Assembly: GCF_021028975.2 (NCBI RefSeq)
Contig: NC_059427.1
Span: forward strand, 73,966,001-74,030,000
From: Sphaerodactylus townsendi
Taxonomy: Eukaryota
Length of the DNA stretch: 64,000 nt
Direction of reading: 5' to 3'
Both the position numbers and the translations under genes were made by a program. Under the pieces are notes generated by a model. It ran no database searches. It had not been told where the DNA came from and was given only the letters and a program-made list of their open reading frames with translations. Positions 36,187 to 49,564 of the stretch are shown piece after piece. How positions within the stretch are numbered: the first letter of the stretch is position 1; the number at the start of each line of letters is the position of its first letter.

Positions 36187-36285
36187 ATCAGCTCTCTACC
36201 AGCATGGCCAATTGGCCATGCTGACAGAGGCTGATGGGAATTGTAGTTCCTGAACATCTGGAGAGCCGCAGGTTCCCTACCCCTG
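36187..36285. mobile_element. Truncated copy of the palindromic hAT MITE
   Basis: Right arm essentially identical to 27980-28148 and 49314-49461. Confidence 0.85.
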
Positions 36286-37175
36286 TTCTAGCTGAACTTT
36301 AGCTCCTAGAAGAAGTCTTCCCACATGAGTTATAGAATTATCTATTATAATATTTTCATATTTGATGTGGAAGTGACTGCTGGCTTTAACTGGCCATTCA
36401 GTGTATTTGTTGACAACCTCTTTATCAAGAGGTTTTATATATATCTAAAGAACAAAAGTTTTTGGCTGTTTCTATTTTGAGGAGAATAGGGTGGTCTATT
36501 TTGGTAGAAAGTTGGCTGAATTACCAATGTTTTAAAGCAGAGGTGCAAAAATATTTTTAAATGTCAAGTATCAGGTATTTTTCCCCAGTCATGGTTTTTC
36601 ATCTTGTATCTTTGATATTAACATCTTTCTGTTTTGTTGAATGGAAATCTGATTGTTATCTCCTAACGCCAAATACCTGACACCAGTCAGCTCCACCAAA
36701 ACCATTAGAATATGTGTATGAGATGTTTGACATGAGGAATCAGAACTAGACTTATCTGAAAGATAGAGGTCTGTACAATATTTGTAGGAGTTTTGCTTTG
36801 GGGAGTAACCAGCTCTTGTAGCCACCGTACTTCTATTATAATTGTGATGGGTTTTTTAAGTAAGTTATTGCTGTTTTTGATTAATTAAGTATTAATTAGC
36901 TGCATCAAAATGTTAAATTTTAAAACCTTGTCAGTGACTGCCATGAAAGATCCTTTGGATAACACTTGCTTGAACAGTTATTTTATAGAAAGCATTGTAC
37001 CACAGAGATTTCTAAATTGACCTTGTAGTGAAATCTCTGTAAGAAGATTACATATCTGTTAGATAAGTAAGGGCTTATCAAAGTGAGTGCACATAAAAAG
37101 TGCTTATATGATTTGTACTGATTTGTGAGGAGCTGAAGTGAAGCCCTCTGTGAAATCTTCCATCTCTGTCCTTAG

Positions 37176-37366
37176 CTATTGAGCATGGCTCTGAAGGGCT
37201 TCTAGGAAAGATGTCTCAGCCAATTGGAATGCACCGCCGGGCATTTAGTTATGATGATGCCCTGGAGGATACAACACCAATGACCCCTCCTCCTTCAAAC
37301 ATGTGCTCCAATATCCTGTGGAAACAGCCAGTCATCCCAGACCGAAAATATGAAGAGCTTTCCAAG
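37176..37366 (+). CDS. KIAA1191: KIAA1191 coding exon 2
   Basis: LGKMSQPIGMHRRAFSYDDALEDTTPMTPPPS...KYEELSK |GTATGC. Confidence 0.95.
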
Positions 37367-38791
37367 GTATGCAGTCTTTAGAAGGAACACTTAGGTTGTG
37401 TCACATAGATTGCAGTTACATTATCCAAAAGAGGGAGCACTGAGAAGACCACTGCAATTAGACATGTTAGGGAGTATTAAAGTCTAGTGTTTTAATACAT
37501 CTGTTTTGTATGAGGTATCCTTGCTTTTATTTTTAAATGTCAATTCGTCTGGCCAAAATGTTCAACTTTGCTGAAGTGTCACAGTGGAAAGAATGGAAAT
37601 ACTACATCTGAGAGCTGATATGTTCCCTGGCCCAAGTAACATTGGTGAAGAAAATCATGAAAGGGGCCTTCACATATTGGTGAAATGTTGGCTAGAAAAT
37701 ACCAAAGGTCTCAGATAGCGTTCAGATTCTCGACCTCATATTTATGTTGCAAAAGGAAGGTTCTGTTGCGTTGAACTAATTGGAGAAAGGAAAGAATAAA
37801 ATTATATGATAGATATACAAGTTAATAATTTTGTCATAATATTTCTTTTGCAAAATGCAATTTTTGATAGAAACTGAATGTCTGTGGAGGGAGGATCAAA
37901 TTGTGCTTGTCATTCTGATTTGTGGTTCTTTTATGAAGAAGTCTGACAGCCACAGTTGTCTTGGTCGACCCTGTCTAGTATTTGGATGGGTTTAAGGCTC
38001 TGTTACACCAGTCATCAACAAGACTCAGGAAGATTTTCAAGAGCTTTACTGGAACTGTATCATTTCCAGGTTCAGATAGCTGAAACTGGGGGTTTGGCTC
38101 TCTGACCCCTGGTATATACCTTTACAGTTTAGTTCAACCCCTGGAGTTCCCCCCACCCTCGCATTCCCATAATATCAGCATGTGACAGGACAGTGGGAAC
38201 AACGATATTGTTTGGGCAAACAGTTCACTCCTTCAGGAAGGCAGATAATGGTGAACAGCTAAGCTCTATTGAACTAGTTACTTAGCAAGCAGGGGGAGGC
38301 CTCCTTAGCCTTGAGCGATGATAATGGCTGGGCCATCTATGGCTGGTGTGTGGATGTGTAAATGCCAGACCTGGAAAGGCACAGGCTGATAATGGGAGAC
38401 CTTCAAGGAATACCCGGGTTGTGATGCAGAGGCAGGCAATGGCAAACTACCTCCAAGCATCTCTTGCCTTGGAAACCCTACAGGGTCACCATAAGTCACT
38501 TGATGGCAAAAAAGAGTAGATTTACTTTTCATGGAAACTAGGAGTATAGCTTTCTCTTCCTTTAATAAGGTTGCCTGTGTACTGGCTGCTTTACCAGTTA
38601 CTATGCAAATGTCTCAGGAGGGAGAGCCAAGAAGTACCATTTTAAAAGCACTGTGTTTAGTTGTTCTGTGCCCTTTGCTATCATTTAGAAGCAGTTCCAA
38701 GTTTTACTCGAGACTCAGGATGGGCTTTGGATGCTCCTGATGGTGACTGTTTTTCTTTCTCCTCAAATTGGACCTGGCTACTTTTGCACAG

Positions 38792-38918
38792 GTTGAGGAA
38801 TGGGAAACTAGCATGCAGCCATCTACCATAACTCCCTCAACTTCCACTGAGACTGTGGGCAAGGTTCCAGTGGTGAAGGCCAAGGCTACCCACATCATCA
38901 TGAATTCTCTCATGACAA
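38792..38918 (+). CDS. KIAA1191: KIAA1191 coding exon 3
   Basis: VEEWE...KVPVVKAKATHIIMNSLMT |GTAAGA. Confidence 0.95.
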
Positions 38919-40291
38919 GTAAGAGTTCTTATATCCTTCTAGTAGGCATGTTTACCTAGGCATATAGCTGCAGTTTAGAACACTGCCCAGAGCAATGTGG
39001 TTGGCTTAGTATGTCTTTTCTGGCTGGCTGATGGAGCCATATACAAGGAATGGGGCTGCACATATGTAACCGAATGTACTAATGATAAAGGACAAGGATT
39101 TCACATTCTAAACCCAAAATAGCACATTTCCTTTATATTTCAGTCATGAGTAACAGTTTATGCTGGAATTAATTAGCAGTCAAAGGGATGAAAATCATGA
39201 GTGCTGTAGTACTTAATGATATTTTAGTGGCAATGTTTGTGGGAAGCATTACCAGCTTGTTTCATTTGTTAGTAAACTTGTGCATTGGCAGCTGTTGGAA
39301 GTTGATAGGAAAAACTAACACTCATCCCTCTGTTGAATTGAAACATGACTTGAAACACAAGCTTCTCCCAAGCTATATTAACTGAAAGTATCCCCATGTT
39401 CCCCCTGCTAATAGGCTGGTACCTGGGATAAAGGCTCATGGTATATATTTGAATCAATACTACTTGGATCTAATGGTTTCAACAGTTTTTTTCACCAGGC
39501 TGAGTCAGTTTGCTTTGGAAGTCTCTAGGGTGAAATGTTTGTAGCTTTTAGTGAAGTTTCTGGAATGGGCATGGCTGGCCCTTGTTCGCAGGGTCATCTA
39601 GCACACAACAATACCAAGCAATACTCCGGTTCAAATTTGTTCTTCTAATTGAGCCTGCAAACCTATGAGATGATGCTAATTTCAAACTAACAGTTTTAAC
39701 AGTGTGGCATATCTGTTGGGTTAATGAAGTAGTACGAGTTTTTTTTGTAAAGCACTGAAACACTTCTTTAGGTTAAGATATAATATCTGGAAAAAACATC
39801 TCATTGCTGAAAGATGACATGCATTTTGTTGAATTTTTGTATATGGATTTTTCATTTAAGAAGTTTAAGATGGCTTCTTTAGAGTGTTGGATTATGTATT
39901 ATTAGGTTAATTATGTTACTACTATTGAACGGAGTTAGGGGCACAGCGTTTCTGATCTAAATAGCTAAAATTTGCAGTAGGTCAGTTTTATATGCTGGCA
40001 ATCAGAGGCTGTTACTCCTAAAGCTGTAGTTCCTCTTTGGCCTGTAAGCACATACCATTTGAGAAGTTGGTGTGACGATGATAACATTAGACTGATGAAA
40101 ATCTTCACAGTGTTTCAGAGCAAATTTTATTCTCCTGATTATTATTTATTTTAGATGGGGTGGATGTTTTTCAGAATTCCCATTCTCTGTATTTCTGCTA
40201 ATTTTAGAGGATGTTTGACATAGCCCCTTAGAAATCAGTCAGGCAGCATTGTTTTGTGGCTTGGGTGACTGTATCATGTTGTCCATTCTAG

Positions 40292-40416
40292 AACAAACTC
40301 AAGAAAGCATTCAGCGCTTTGAGCAGCAGGCAGGGCTGAGAGATGCCGGATACACTCCCCACAAGGGCCTCACTGCAGAGGAGACAAAATATCACCGTGT
40401 GGCTGAGTCACTCCAT
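40292..40416 (+). CDS. KIAA1191: KIAA1191 coding exon 4
   Basis: QTQESIQRFEQQAGLRDAGYTPHKGLTAEETKYHRVAESLH |GTAAGG. Confidence 0.95.
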
Positions 40417-41087
40417 GTAAGGTGTTTTAGTCCCAGTGCTGTAGTTCTCGTGGAGCTGGTCTGTTACAACTTTACAGAATGCAAGGGTGGGATGTTTACT
40501 TGTGGGGGTTTCTGATGGTCTTATTAGTTTGTGATTTCTGTTTAAGACTAAGTTATCTTATTTAAAAGTACATACCAATGTATGTGAGTAGCTTGTGCGT
40601 GTATCTAATTTAAGCCAAATAATGTATTTAATTCATTCAGTGCCACTGAGGTATTGACAATGATGTTCATGATGCAAATGCTATAAAAATTAACCTTTCT
40701 GAGATGGAGCATAAAATTAGCTACTGTGGGGAAATTGGTTTTATGTCCCTGACCAGTGAAGCTCACATTAAGTTCAAGATTCAAATTAAGTTGAGTAATT
40801 AAAGTTAGTGTACTTAGAATGATGGTTATCTATATCTCTTCAAGCAGAAAGGAATTTCTTATTCTATAATGCTGGAATAGCTTTAGAGGATTGAATGGTC
40901 TGAAGTGAGGACTAAGTAGTATTGAGGCCTCATCAAACAAAATTAATTTTTGTGCAAGCTTATTAACATCCTGCACAATGCTTATACTATGCTAAACTAG
41001 TGAAAGAGGGACACTTAACTTTCAAATTGCTGGGTGTTTAGTCATTAGCATCAAAAAGCTTCCAACTTTCTTTACCCTTTCTGACAG

Positions 41088-41194
41088 AATCTAAAGATGC
41101 AAAGTGGAGAAATAGCAAAAGAAGAGAAACAGGCCTCTTCTGCTCAATCTACTCCAAGCAGCACTCCACATTCCTCCCCCAAGCGCACATACAG
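41088..41194 (+). CDS. KIAA1191: KIAA1191 coding exon 5
   Basis: NLKMQSGEIAKEEKQASSAQSTPSSTPHSSPK |GTACAT. Confidence 0.95.
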
Positions 41195-41488
41195 GTACAT
41201 TTCCTACAGGCTAGGCCTCTCTTCCCAGGAAGAAAGAGAAGACCACTTAAAAGTTGTGATGAAATGATTTGGCATCCCAACCTTTTATGTGCCTTTTTAG
41301 TTCAGAATTCTGTTCAGTTCTCCTCAGTTTTTTGCGAGTGGATTTTGTGTACAGTGGCTCGTGTATGATTCTGTTGGGTTGATTTTCTGCTGTAGACTTA
41401 AGTGGTTCCACTGAGATGAGATGATTGTTCCTGTCCATTGATGCTGTGAACCTCTTTCAGTTATTTGTAACTGATTATTTCCCTGTAG

Positions 41489-41637
41489 GAGCTGGTTTAG
41501 TCAGGGAACTTCCACTTCCATCACTGGTCCAGATCTTGTCTCCATGGATTCCAGTGGTGGAGACAGCGATAAAGCCCCCTCTGAAAAATGGAGCTTCTTT
41601 GGACCTCGTGCTCTCCAGAAATCCACTACTGACCCAG
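41489..41637 (+). CDS. KIAA1191: KIAA1191 coding exon 6
   Basis: SWFSQGTSTS...EKWSFFGPRALQK |GTATAA. Confidence 0.93.
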
Positions 41638-42408
41638 GTATAAGAAGTGCTGGGAGATATAAGGAGTTCAATGATTTTCTCTTTCACAAAGAGGAAACTT
41701 AAATTTCAGAGTTAAGTTATGGCTCAAACATTCATCTGTAATTTCTGATTTAGGAAATGTGCTAGAAAAATTTAAAGATTGCTGATGAGACAAGACAAAA
41801 TGATGAAAAGCTTTGAGAGATGCAGTTTATAGTAAACGTGAACAAGAATAGTGCATGGCAGTGAATAATGCGCTGAAAAGTTAGAAAATGAAACTTGGGG
41901 CCAGTTAGAGGCAGTACCCCCTTTGCTCTTGGTAATGTTTCGAAAGTAATGCCCATCTTAATTTTTGCTTGCAGTTTTAGTCAGATTTAACTACAACTGT
42001 TTTTTCAGTTTTGCTTCCTAATCACACTTTATTATGAGGAATGTTGGCTCTGTACTTTAAAAATACAGGAAAATACTTCATTTGCTTAGGAAGTTCATAG
42101 CAGATGTTGACCAGTCTTTCAACTGTCTTTAATGTTGATTCCCAAAAAACATCTGCTGTCTCTTTCACTGATAATTAGATAATACAAAACTACTTTGGTT
42201 GCAGCTGCACTAACAGCTTTCTCATATGAGTGTGTTGAACTCTCTATTGCTGATAAGCAGAATTGCCACCTGTGATACAGCTGCTAGAGCAGTTAGTGCT
42301 GAGAATTTCTAAAATGTTGGTTGCACTAAAATTCCCTGTTAGTGCTTAGTGCACACATTAAACCTGCCTGGTGCTTTACTGACCTAGTCTTGTATATTCT
42401 TCCCTTAG

Positions 42409-42617
42409 GGGGCTTTACCATCCAGGCCTACAAGGGTGCCCAGAAGCCTACCCCAATGGAGTTAATGCGTGCTCAGGCCACCAGGATGGCAGAGGACTCT
42501 GCAACGTTCAAGCCTCCAAAGATGGACATTCCAACTATTGAAGAAAAGAGACGTTCCCCACGTTCTCATAACATCAAACCACGAGACATGAATGTGCTGA
42601 CTCCCACTGGGTTCTAG
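42409..42617 (+). CDS. KIAA1191: KIAA1191 last coding exon
   Basis: GFTIQAYKGAQKPTPMELMRAQA...KPRDMNVLTPTGF*; total 311 aa. Confidence 0.95.
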
Positions 42618-44312
42618 TACATTTCCACATAGAGGCAGAATAATATTCTAAATATTTAATAATGGACAAAATGGTCCAAGGCTGTTTTTCTACATTCCAT
42701 TCTCATGAGCTTTTGAGATCTCTTTCCTAGCTCTGAGTTGCACATGGTCAAGAAAAAAGTTGTGGTCAATTGAATGCCTTTCAGAATTGCTTGCTATTTT
42801 TCCTTCCCAAATGTCCCTTATGTTCAACACAAGCACATGATGACCATCCTTTCTGAAGTTCTGACGAACAGGTCTATTCTTTATAAACCTAAGTTTTATA
42901 AAGGGAAACCAACAGCATACTGGAGTTCTTTTGATGTTAAGACCTAGGATACTGTGTCTGGCTGTTGTGCAGGCAGGTTTATCCATGCCAGGGTATTGGA
43001 GGACAATATACAGTTTTTCTAGTCTAAATATCTCTTATTTGAACCTTTGGGGGAGGTCTAGCATTAACAGAAATGTAGGGGTCAGTCATGAATTTTGTTA
43101 AAGAGATAAAGTTTCAGCATGAAAAAAGCCAAGACTCTTGTGGGATTATGGTGTGAAATGCATAATAGTGTCTGGGACATACCCTGCTCTTGATAACAGG
43201 TAGGTCAGCACGGTTACAGAACTAAAGTTAGTGTGTATTGGGCAGAGTTCCATTCATTCCGGTGTACAATCATTCCTTTGCTTTCGTGACAAAAAGATCA
43301 TCATTAGTGTGGCCATTGCCATTAGAGAACCATAACAGCATTTTGTGGGAAAAACACATGAAATATTAATAGTTCTTTGGAAAGGAGAATGGGTCATTCC
43401 ATTCATTCTGGGATCCAGTGAAGCTAAACTTGTTAGATAGCAGCTCGAACATTCCCAGTAACTGGGTGCTGATGCTTATTTTCACCATGATCAATTGTTG
43501 GGCATATTCTGAACAGTCAAGAGCAGTATAATGTCTTGCTGTATTCCGTCCATGCGGGGTGAAGAATTGTAACTTGTTTTCTTGGTCTACATTCTAAGCT
43601 GCCGGTTGGCTTTCCAGGATGAAATGGCACCCCCAGAGCATCCATCTCATAGCAGCTCATTATTTAAAGGCACGCTTATTGAGACTTCCTCACTCATTTT
43701 TTTGTATGCCTCGAAAGCCGGGGGGGGGGGGGGGGGCCCCACCATTACCTTTTTAAAGGAAGTCTGTTTCCCATCATAAATCAACAGTTTTTTTCTTCTA
43801 CAAATAGTGGGTGATAATGTAGTTAAATTACTTGGTAATATTTCATCCAGCTTTCTTTTATTCCCTGATCGATTTTCTAAGATGCCTTGATAGCACCATG
43901 GATCTTTGTTGCGTATTGGCAATTACCACTGCTGCTTGCATACAGTAAACAGTGATCCCATTTCTTTGTTAATGGTTTAATTTATTTTGTGATGTTTTAT
44001 GTTTGTCTCACTGTGCCTAACACTTCCTACAGAAGAATAAAAATAGTGAATGAATCAAGGTTTGTGATAATTATTGCAGTAAGTACAGCTGTTGCTGCAG
44101 TGACAATCTCTGAGATATTAAATTTCCAGTAACTTTAAGAAGCAAATTTTATTGTACAAGCTGTACAAAACTGAAATGGGAACACAAAACTTCTATTTTA
44201 ACAGAAGTCTAAAATAAACTTGTAGAACTGATTGAGCTGTCTAATTGGGTAAGTAGTACAACGTATTACTTAAATAAGAGAAAAGATGGGTTGAGTTTGT
44301 ATTGAGGATTCT

Positions 44313-44602
44313 CTAGACTGGATGGTTTATTGCACAGCTGCTTCCACTTCTGAGAGGTCCATCAATGTTCCCAAAAGTTCTGTAAATATCTGCAGTGGTA
44401 TGAAGCAATATTTGGAGAAGTTCAATCTTTTCTTTGAGGGGGGAGGGAAGTGGCTGCCCCAGAATTTGCAAAAGCTGCTTCTGGAAACTCTTTATACTGT
44501 AATCTGCATCAGAAATGGTGAGGGAATCATGTGACTGTAGTTTAGGCTTGGCCGCTTTGATAATCAGATTGATCCGGTCACATATTGAGCTCCTTAAGTG
44601 CC
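44313..44602 (-). CDS. SIMC1: SIMC1 exon 10 (stop)
   Basis: CTTACAG| GHLRSSICDRINLIIKAAKPK...LGQPLPSPLKEKIELLQILL...TAG. Confidence 0.92.
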
Positions 44603-44699
44603 CTGTAAGGGGAGAAAATGTCAGAGAATTAATTTTAGGTACGAGGGCTCTAAAATAGCATTTTAAAAATATCTCATGGAAACTAACACAGGTGAACTG

Positions 44700-47600
44700 A
44701 GAGGCTTCTTGGGCATACATTTTATCAGATGACCTGTATCACCCTTCAAACTAAGGAGATGCTTGAACTGGTAAAAGTTAAAGGCCCTGAATCTGTCAGA
44801 CTTCTGTAGCACCACAGGCAGGTCTGTGTAAACAACTTTCTTGCTCTGAGGCAGAGGGCATCTTGACATAGATGATTCCCATCTGTGAACCATGAAGGCT
44901 GGACTAAAAGTCTACCAGACTTCCTGTCTCCTGGTTGGAGACATCCACTTTTTTCAGGTTGTTTCCTGCCTTGTGAAAGAGCTCAGCAAGGCTCCTACAA
45001 CTCTGCAGAAGGCATCTAATACTATTTCTGTGCTTTTACATCTACCTCTCATGTCTTTATTTCAATTCCTCCTTTGGCCCAGTCCTTTCCTGCTCCTGAG
45101 GGTGGAGTGGCTGAGGCAATGGAGAACTTCAGTGAAGTCTTGAATGGCTTTCTTTCCAAGAATGAGGACTCCCTTGTGCTCCCAAAAACAGGAGGAAAGA
45201 ACTACTCCCTGGTGCGGTCAAGCAGGCACAGACCTGCAGAGGAACAGTCAATGGCAAGGAGTGGTAGCAGTAAGAGAAGCATGCTGCACAATTCGACTGT
45301 CTCTGAGGATGCTTCAAGGACAGGAGCTGATTCTGGCAGGAAGGTCCTCTGTGCTAATAAAGATGGCAGACACTTGGTCTTGGTTGTCATGGCCACAACA
45401 AAGCAGTCAGGGAAACGGCAATGGAGAGATTCCTCCCCTGTTTTCCAGATATCCCCAGAGATAGCAAGTTGACTTTGCCAAGCGATGCTGGAGGAAAAGC
45501 AGGCTAAGCCTTCCCCACTAGAGAGCTGGAAATATCGTTCAAGGTCCTCTGTCAGATCACATCCCTTCCTTCCCATGGATTGTTCAGATGGGGAAGCAGG
45601 GAGAATTTTTCAGATGGGGACAGGTTGCAGGGCATCATCCTTGGTTGACCAAGACGGTGTGCACACACATGCTCAAAGTACACAGATCCTATCCTCACAG
45701 CAATCCAGCCCTCTTCAGAGACTCAGGGGAATCGAAGAGTTCTTCTGATGAAGAAAAGGAGGAAATATGGCACTACATTTCTCAGAGCTCCCAGAAACCC
45801 AGGAAGAAGAGACCAATCCTAAAGCCAAATACAAAGGTAACAAGATATCCCCCCCCCCATGTGACCTAGGGTGGAAAAAGTAGAACAATTTGCAGAAATC
45901 ATTAATCAAATAAAAGCAATGGGCAAATTTTATTTCTAATAAACAAGTCAGGGTTTTTTTGGGAGGAGGTGTTGGTAGTGAAAAGATGTTTTTCTTTGCC
46001 TGACCAATGGCCATGAGAGTGGCTTTGTGGCCCCCTTCAAGGCAAATTTAGATCTCTTGGCCAGAGAGATCTCATGCATGGACCCATCCCCATCTTCAGA
46101 TAATAGTCCTCTGGACTGCAACACAGCCTCTGGCCATGTGTACAACTTCTTAATGAAAGATGGAAAATGTTGGTTTGAGCCAGTCCTTTAATTAATTTTC
46201 AAATAATTCAGAATTGAAATTTCCTAAGTATGGAGTCAGTGCTAGGAAATAACTTCCTGTTTCCCCCAGGGTCTATCCTTGATGCTGTTAGAAAGCGGGA
46301 TTGGGTCTTCCTTTGCTGGGGAGTCTTGGAGATCTAGGTCAGCTATGGATTTAAGCAACAGGCATTGATAGTCTTCAGACTGAAAAACTTTACAGACTGC
46401 TCTGGTACCTCTATGGGCATCTCCTCCTCGACAGATAAGAACTCTCCCTCTTCACTTCCATCGCCATCAGTTTGGAACACAACATCACTATACTATCGCA
46501 GTGAGGGGATGCCTTTCTTTGTTTTCTCTCCCCCTTCCCCCAAATTTTCCTAGCTGCCTTGGTTGACCAAGTAGAATGGTGACTGGGGATTCTAGGAGGA
46601 GAAAGGAGGAGGAGTAGAATCCCTGCTAGGACGATATAAATCAACTTCCTCTCATAGTTTGTCTAAGAAAGGCAACAAACTTAGGGCTCAATAGCTGTTT
46701 TTCAACTAAAGAGCATGACTAAACCCTCAGTTCCCTCAGATTCACTGCCAGTCATTCTACGAATGGTGGCATTAGTGGACTCCAAACCTCTATCTTGTTC
46801 CATCCCAGCAGGATTAAAAGCAACAGGCAATTCAGCCTGACTGACTAAATTCTCACTGCTTTCCCCTACCAGCAACATGGTGATTGCCTGATCGGATGAG
46901 TGCAGTGTGGATGGACACTTCTTTGTACATTTTTCATGCGCACTGCCCCTGGGTACACCAGTTTTACAGTTCCTGGGCAAACAATGATGGCCACTGCACT
47001 GGAGGGGCTTCCAGTTCTGACTGATAGAAAGCCACCTCCACAGTTGTTTCCCACCATCAGTGTTTTTTAGTGGGGAAAAAAATGAGCTGCATCTCAACAG
47101 TGCCTGCTGATGATCCCCTGATGATGAACTGGCACTGGAGGTTGGAGGAGGAGGAATAAGAACCAAGTGGACGGAAAAGATTTCAGAGAAAGAGTTTAGA
47201 AGTGCAACGAACAGAAACAGCTCAAGAGCCTATTCCCGACACTGCTCTTCCTATCTGAGGCAGGAAAAGAACTGAAGTAGGCTGACGTTCTCCACAGGTT
47301 ACAGAAAGTGAAATAAAGTTGTTCCTGCCTCTCTGAAGGAAGGGGTGGGAATCACCCATGCAAGATGTCCTCCTGTCACAGAGGGAGAACAAGTTGTTTT
47401 GTCCATGTATATGTGGGAGACAGTTGGATCAGAAATAGTGCATCTCTGCCCCTCTTGGGCAAGTCTGCTATTGTCCTGGGCAGAGAATACACCTCAGAAA
47501 CACCTGTGAGGCACATTCCAGGTCTGCATGTTTTTAAAAGTTGACAATGCTTTCTTATGTGAAGTCTGACGGCTACTCTTGGGCTTTTTGTTGTTGATGA

Positions 47601-47700
47601 TCTTTTGTATATCTATTTGGAATCCCAGCACTGAAGCCGACAGAGCATTAGCAGAAGGCGCTTGAGAATGCAGATCCTCCACACATTACCCCTCCCTTGC
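44700..47700. mobile_element. Cluster of DIRS (tyrosine-recombinase retrotransposon) remnants in SIMC1 intron 9
   Basis: Minus-strand gag-like LQSRGLLSEDGDGS..KRSKFALK..AI at about 46000-46480; DIRS-type terminus GTTCTCCCTCTGTGACAGGAGGACATCTTGCATGGG from 47390; YR-like DLPVVLQ...LLSLK at about 44740-44830. Confidence 0.55.
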
Positions 47701-47887
47701 AGTCTCTTCTCGTGCATAAAGCCAGGGCCGGGGGGGGGGGGGGGCACTTTGGAACCTGGGTGTGGGAAGTGGTAAAACCAAAAAGTGTTTGTTGGGCTGA
47801 CATTACATAATTATGTTATGGATCCCAAATAGGAATTAATTATCAGTTATCTGATATTAGTGAAAATGAAGATGCAGTGTTACTTAC

Positions 47888-47972
47888 CTAGAATGATTCT
47901 GTGATAACTCAGTACCAGTAAATTTAGATGATGAAGCATTTCATCCCATCTCTGCCATGTTGCTTCATTGTC
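47888..47972 (-). CDS. SIMC1: SIMC1 exon 9
   Basis: TCACAG| DNEATWQRWDEMLHHLNLLVLSYHRIIL G|GTAAGT. Confidence 0.93.
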
Positions 47973-48147
47973 CTGTGAACAAAGAATCTGTTTATTGTGC
48001 CCTATATGTCACAGTTTTCCAATTTATAAATTGATCCATGTTCTTCAAAGTTTTACAATAACAGCAAATTACTAGTTATTAACAAATAAAACATGTTCAG
48101 ACCTAAATGTTTTCAAAATGAAAGGATGAAAGGAAGAAGTGAAATAC

Positions 48148-48304
48148 CTGGTGTTTTAACTGCAGGGAAAGGTTTGTCAGAAAAAACAAGACTTTTTCCA
48201 TAGACAAGGGCAGATCGGTAGCTTTTTTACAGCTGTGGTTAAAAATGAGCTCCAGCACTTTACAGCGCAGAAGATGGCATTCCATACTGCTTAGGAAAGC
48301 ATCC
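48148..48304 (-). CDS. SIMC1: SIMC1 exon 8
   Basis: TTCCAG| DAFLSSMECHLLRCKVLELIFNHSC...LPLS...KHQ |GTATTT. Confidence 0.93.
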
Positions 48305-49313
48305 CTGGAAGAAAGGAAAAACAGTGGCATGATAAACTGTCTCTATGAACTCAGGCCAAGGAACAGCTGTTTTCATTACCACAGAGAGAGACCTGAAAGC
48401 TTTTGAATGCATTTTACTCTTCCCCCCAGTCATCAAGGCATGGCTGTTCTGCAGATGTTTACTTCCTGAGCAAACATTATCATTTACATGGTCAGGACAG
48501 GTTGTGACTGAAGCTTCTTTACTCCATTTTACTTGGGAAAACATCTGCTTTACAGCCATGAGATGAAGCACAAATAGATTAATCTGAGACTAATCTGAGA
48601 CTAGCTAAATGGATGGAAGAAAACTTTCTTGAGGCTCTTCTACTTGCAGGTCTGGAGGTTGTCAGGTAGTCTGGAGGGTTTATATATATATATATATATA
48701 TATGCAGCTTTAATTTTTCTGATCAAATCTGTTTTCTGAAGAAATCCAGACAACTGTTAAGAAGTGACACTGAGGAATGGTAGGTTGGATTGAGTGTCAT
48801 TGAGTAAGTGACTGCTTATGGGACACACCTAATAAGGAGGAGATTAGAAGGAGCAAACTAAAAGGGTGTGGGAATAAAAGGTCTGGACAAAGCAGTACTT
48901 GGTTTGCCACTTCATTAGAAATAGCCCACATTTTCTAAGTTTCTGTTTGTAAACACAAGGCTCAGATTTATTTTAATGAAAGTTGGGGAGGAGGTAGGTT
49001 AAAATCTTGGGCCTCTCCTTTGCAGTTGCACTGTTGTTTAACACTGTTAGCTTCCTTCCCTTTTAAACTGCAGCCTTTTGGCTGTTCTGTCAATTAATCG
49101 CACCTGAATAAACACCAGATATGAGCTTTGTTGAATTTCTTGTATTAATAAGGCTGGAGAGCTTGGGTTAAAACTGAGGAGCAGCAACATTTAGCCAGCA
49201 CTACAGCAACAGTATTTTGCAAGGGATTGCATTTGATTTAACAAATGCTCTTTGTAGGTGCAGTCTGGTCTTCACATAGGACTTGTGAAAGCAATAAGCT
49301 TGACCTTCCAGGG

Positions 49314-49461
49314 CAGGGGTAGGGAACCTGCTGCTCTCCAGATGTTCAGGAACTACAATTCCCATCAGCCTCTATCAGCATGGCCAATTGGCCATGCTGA
49401 TAGAGGCTGATGGGAATTGTAGTTCCTGAACATCTGGAGAGCCGCAGGTTCCCTACCCCTG
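49314..49461. mobile_element. Palindromic hAT MITE
   Basis: Near-perfect foldback; exact TSD TTCCAGGG. Confidence 0.9.
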
Positions 49462-49564
49462 TTCCAGGGAAACTCTTGCGACTGGAGATCACTGTGAACC
49501 TAGAGACCTTTGAGCCTTATTTTTTTTCTCTTATGACAATAACATACTATCCCAACCTTAGTGT

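Noticed and set aside
45470-45472. In-frame TGA as selenocysteine or programmed readthrough
   Set aside because: No SECIS or readthrough context recognised; the surroundings look like a decayed DIRS ORF1
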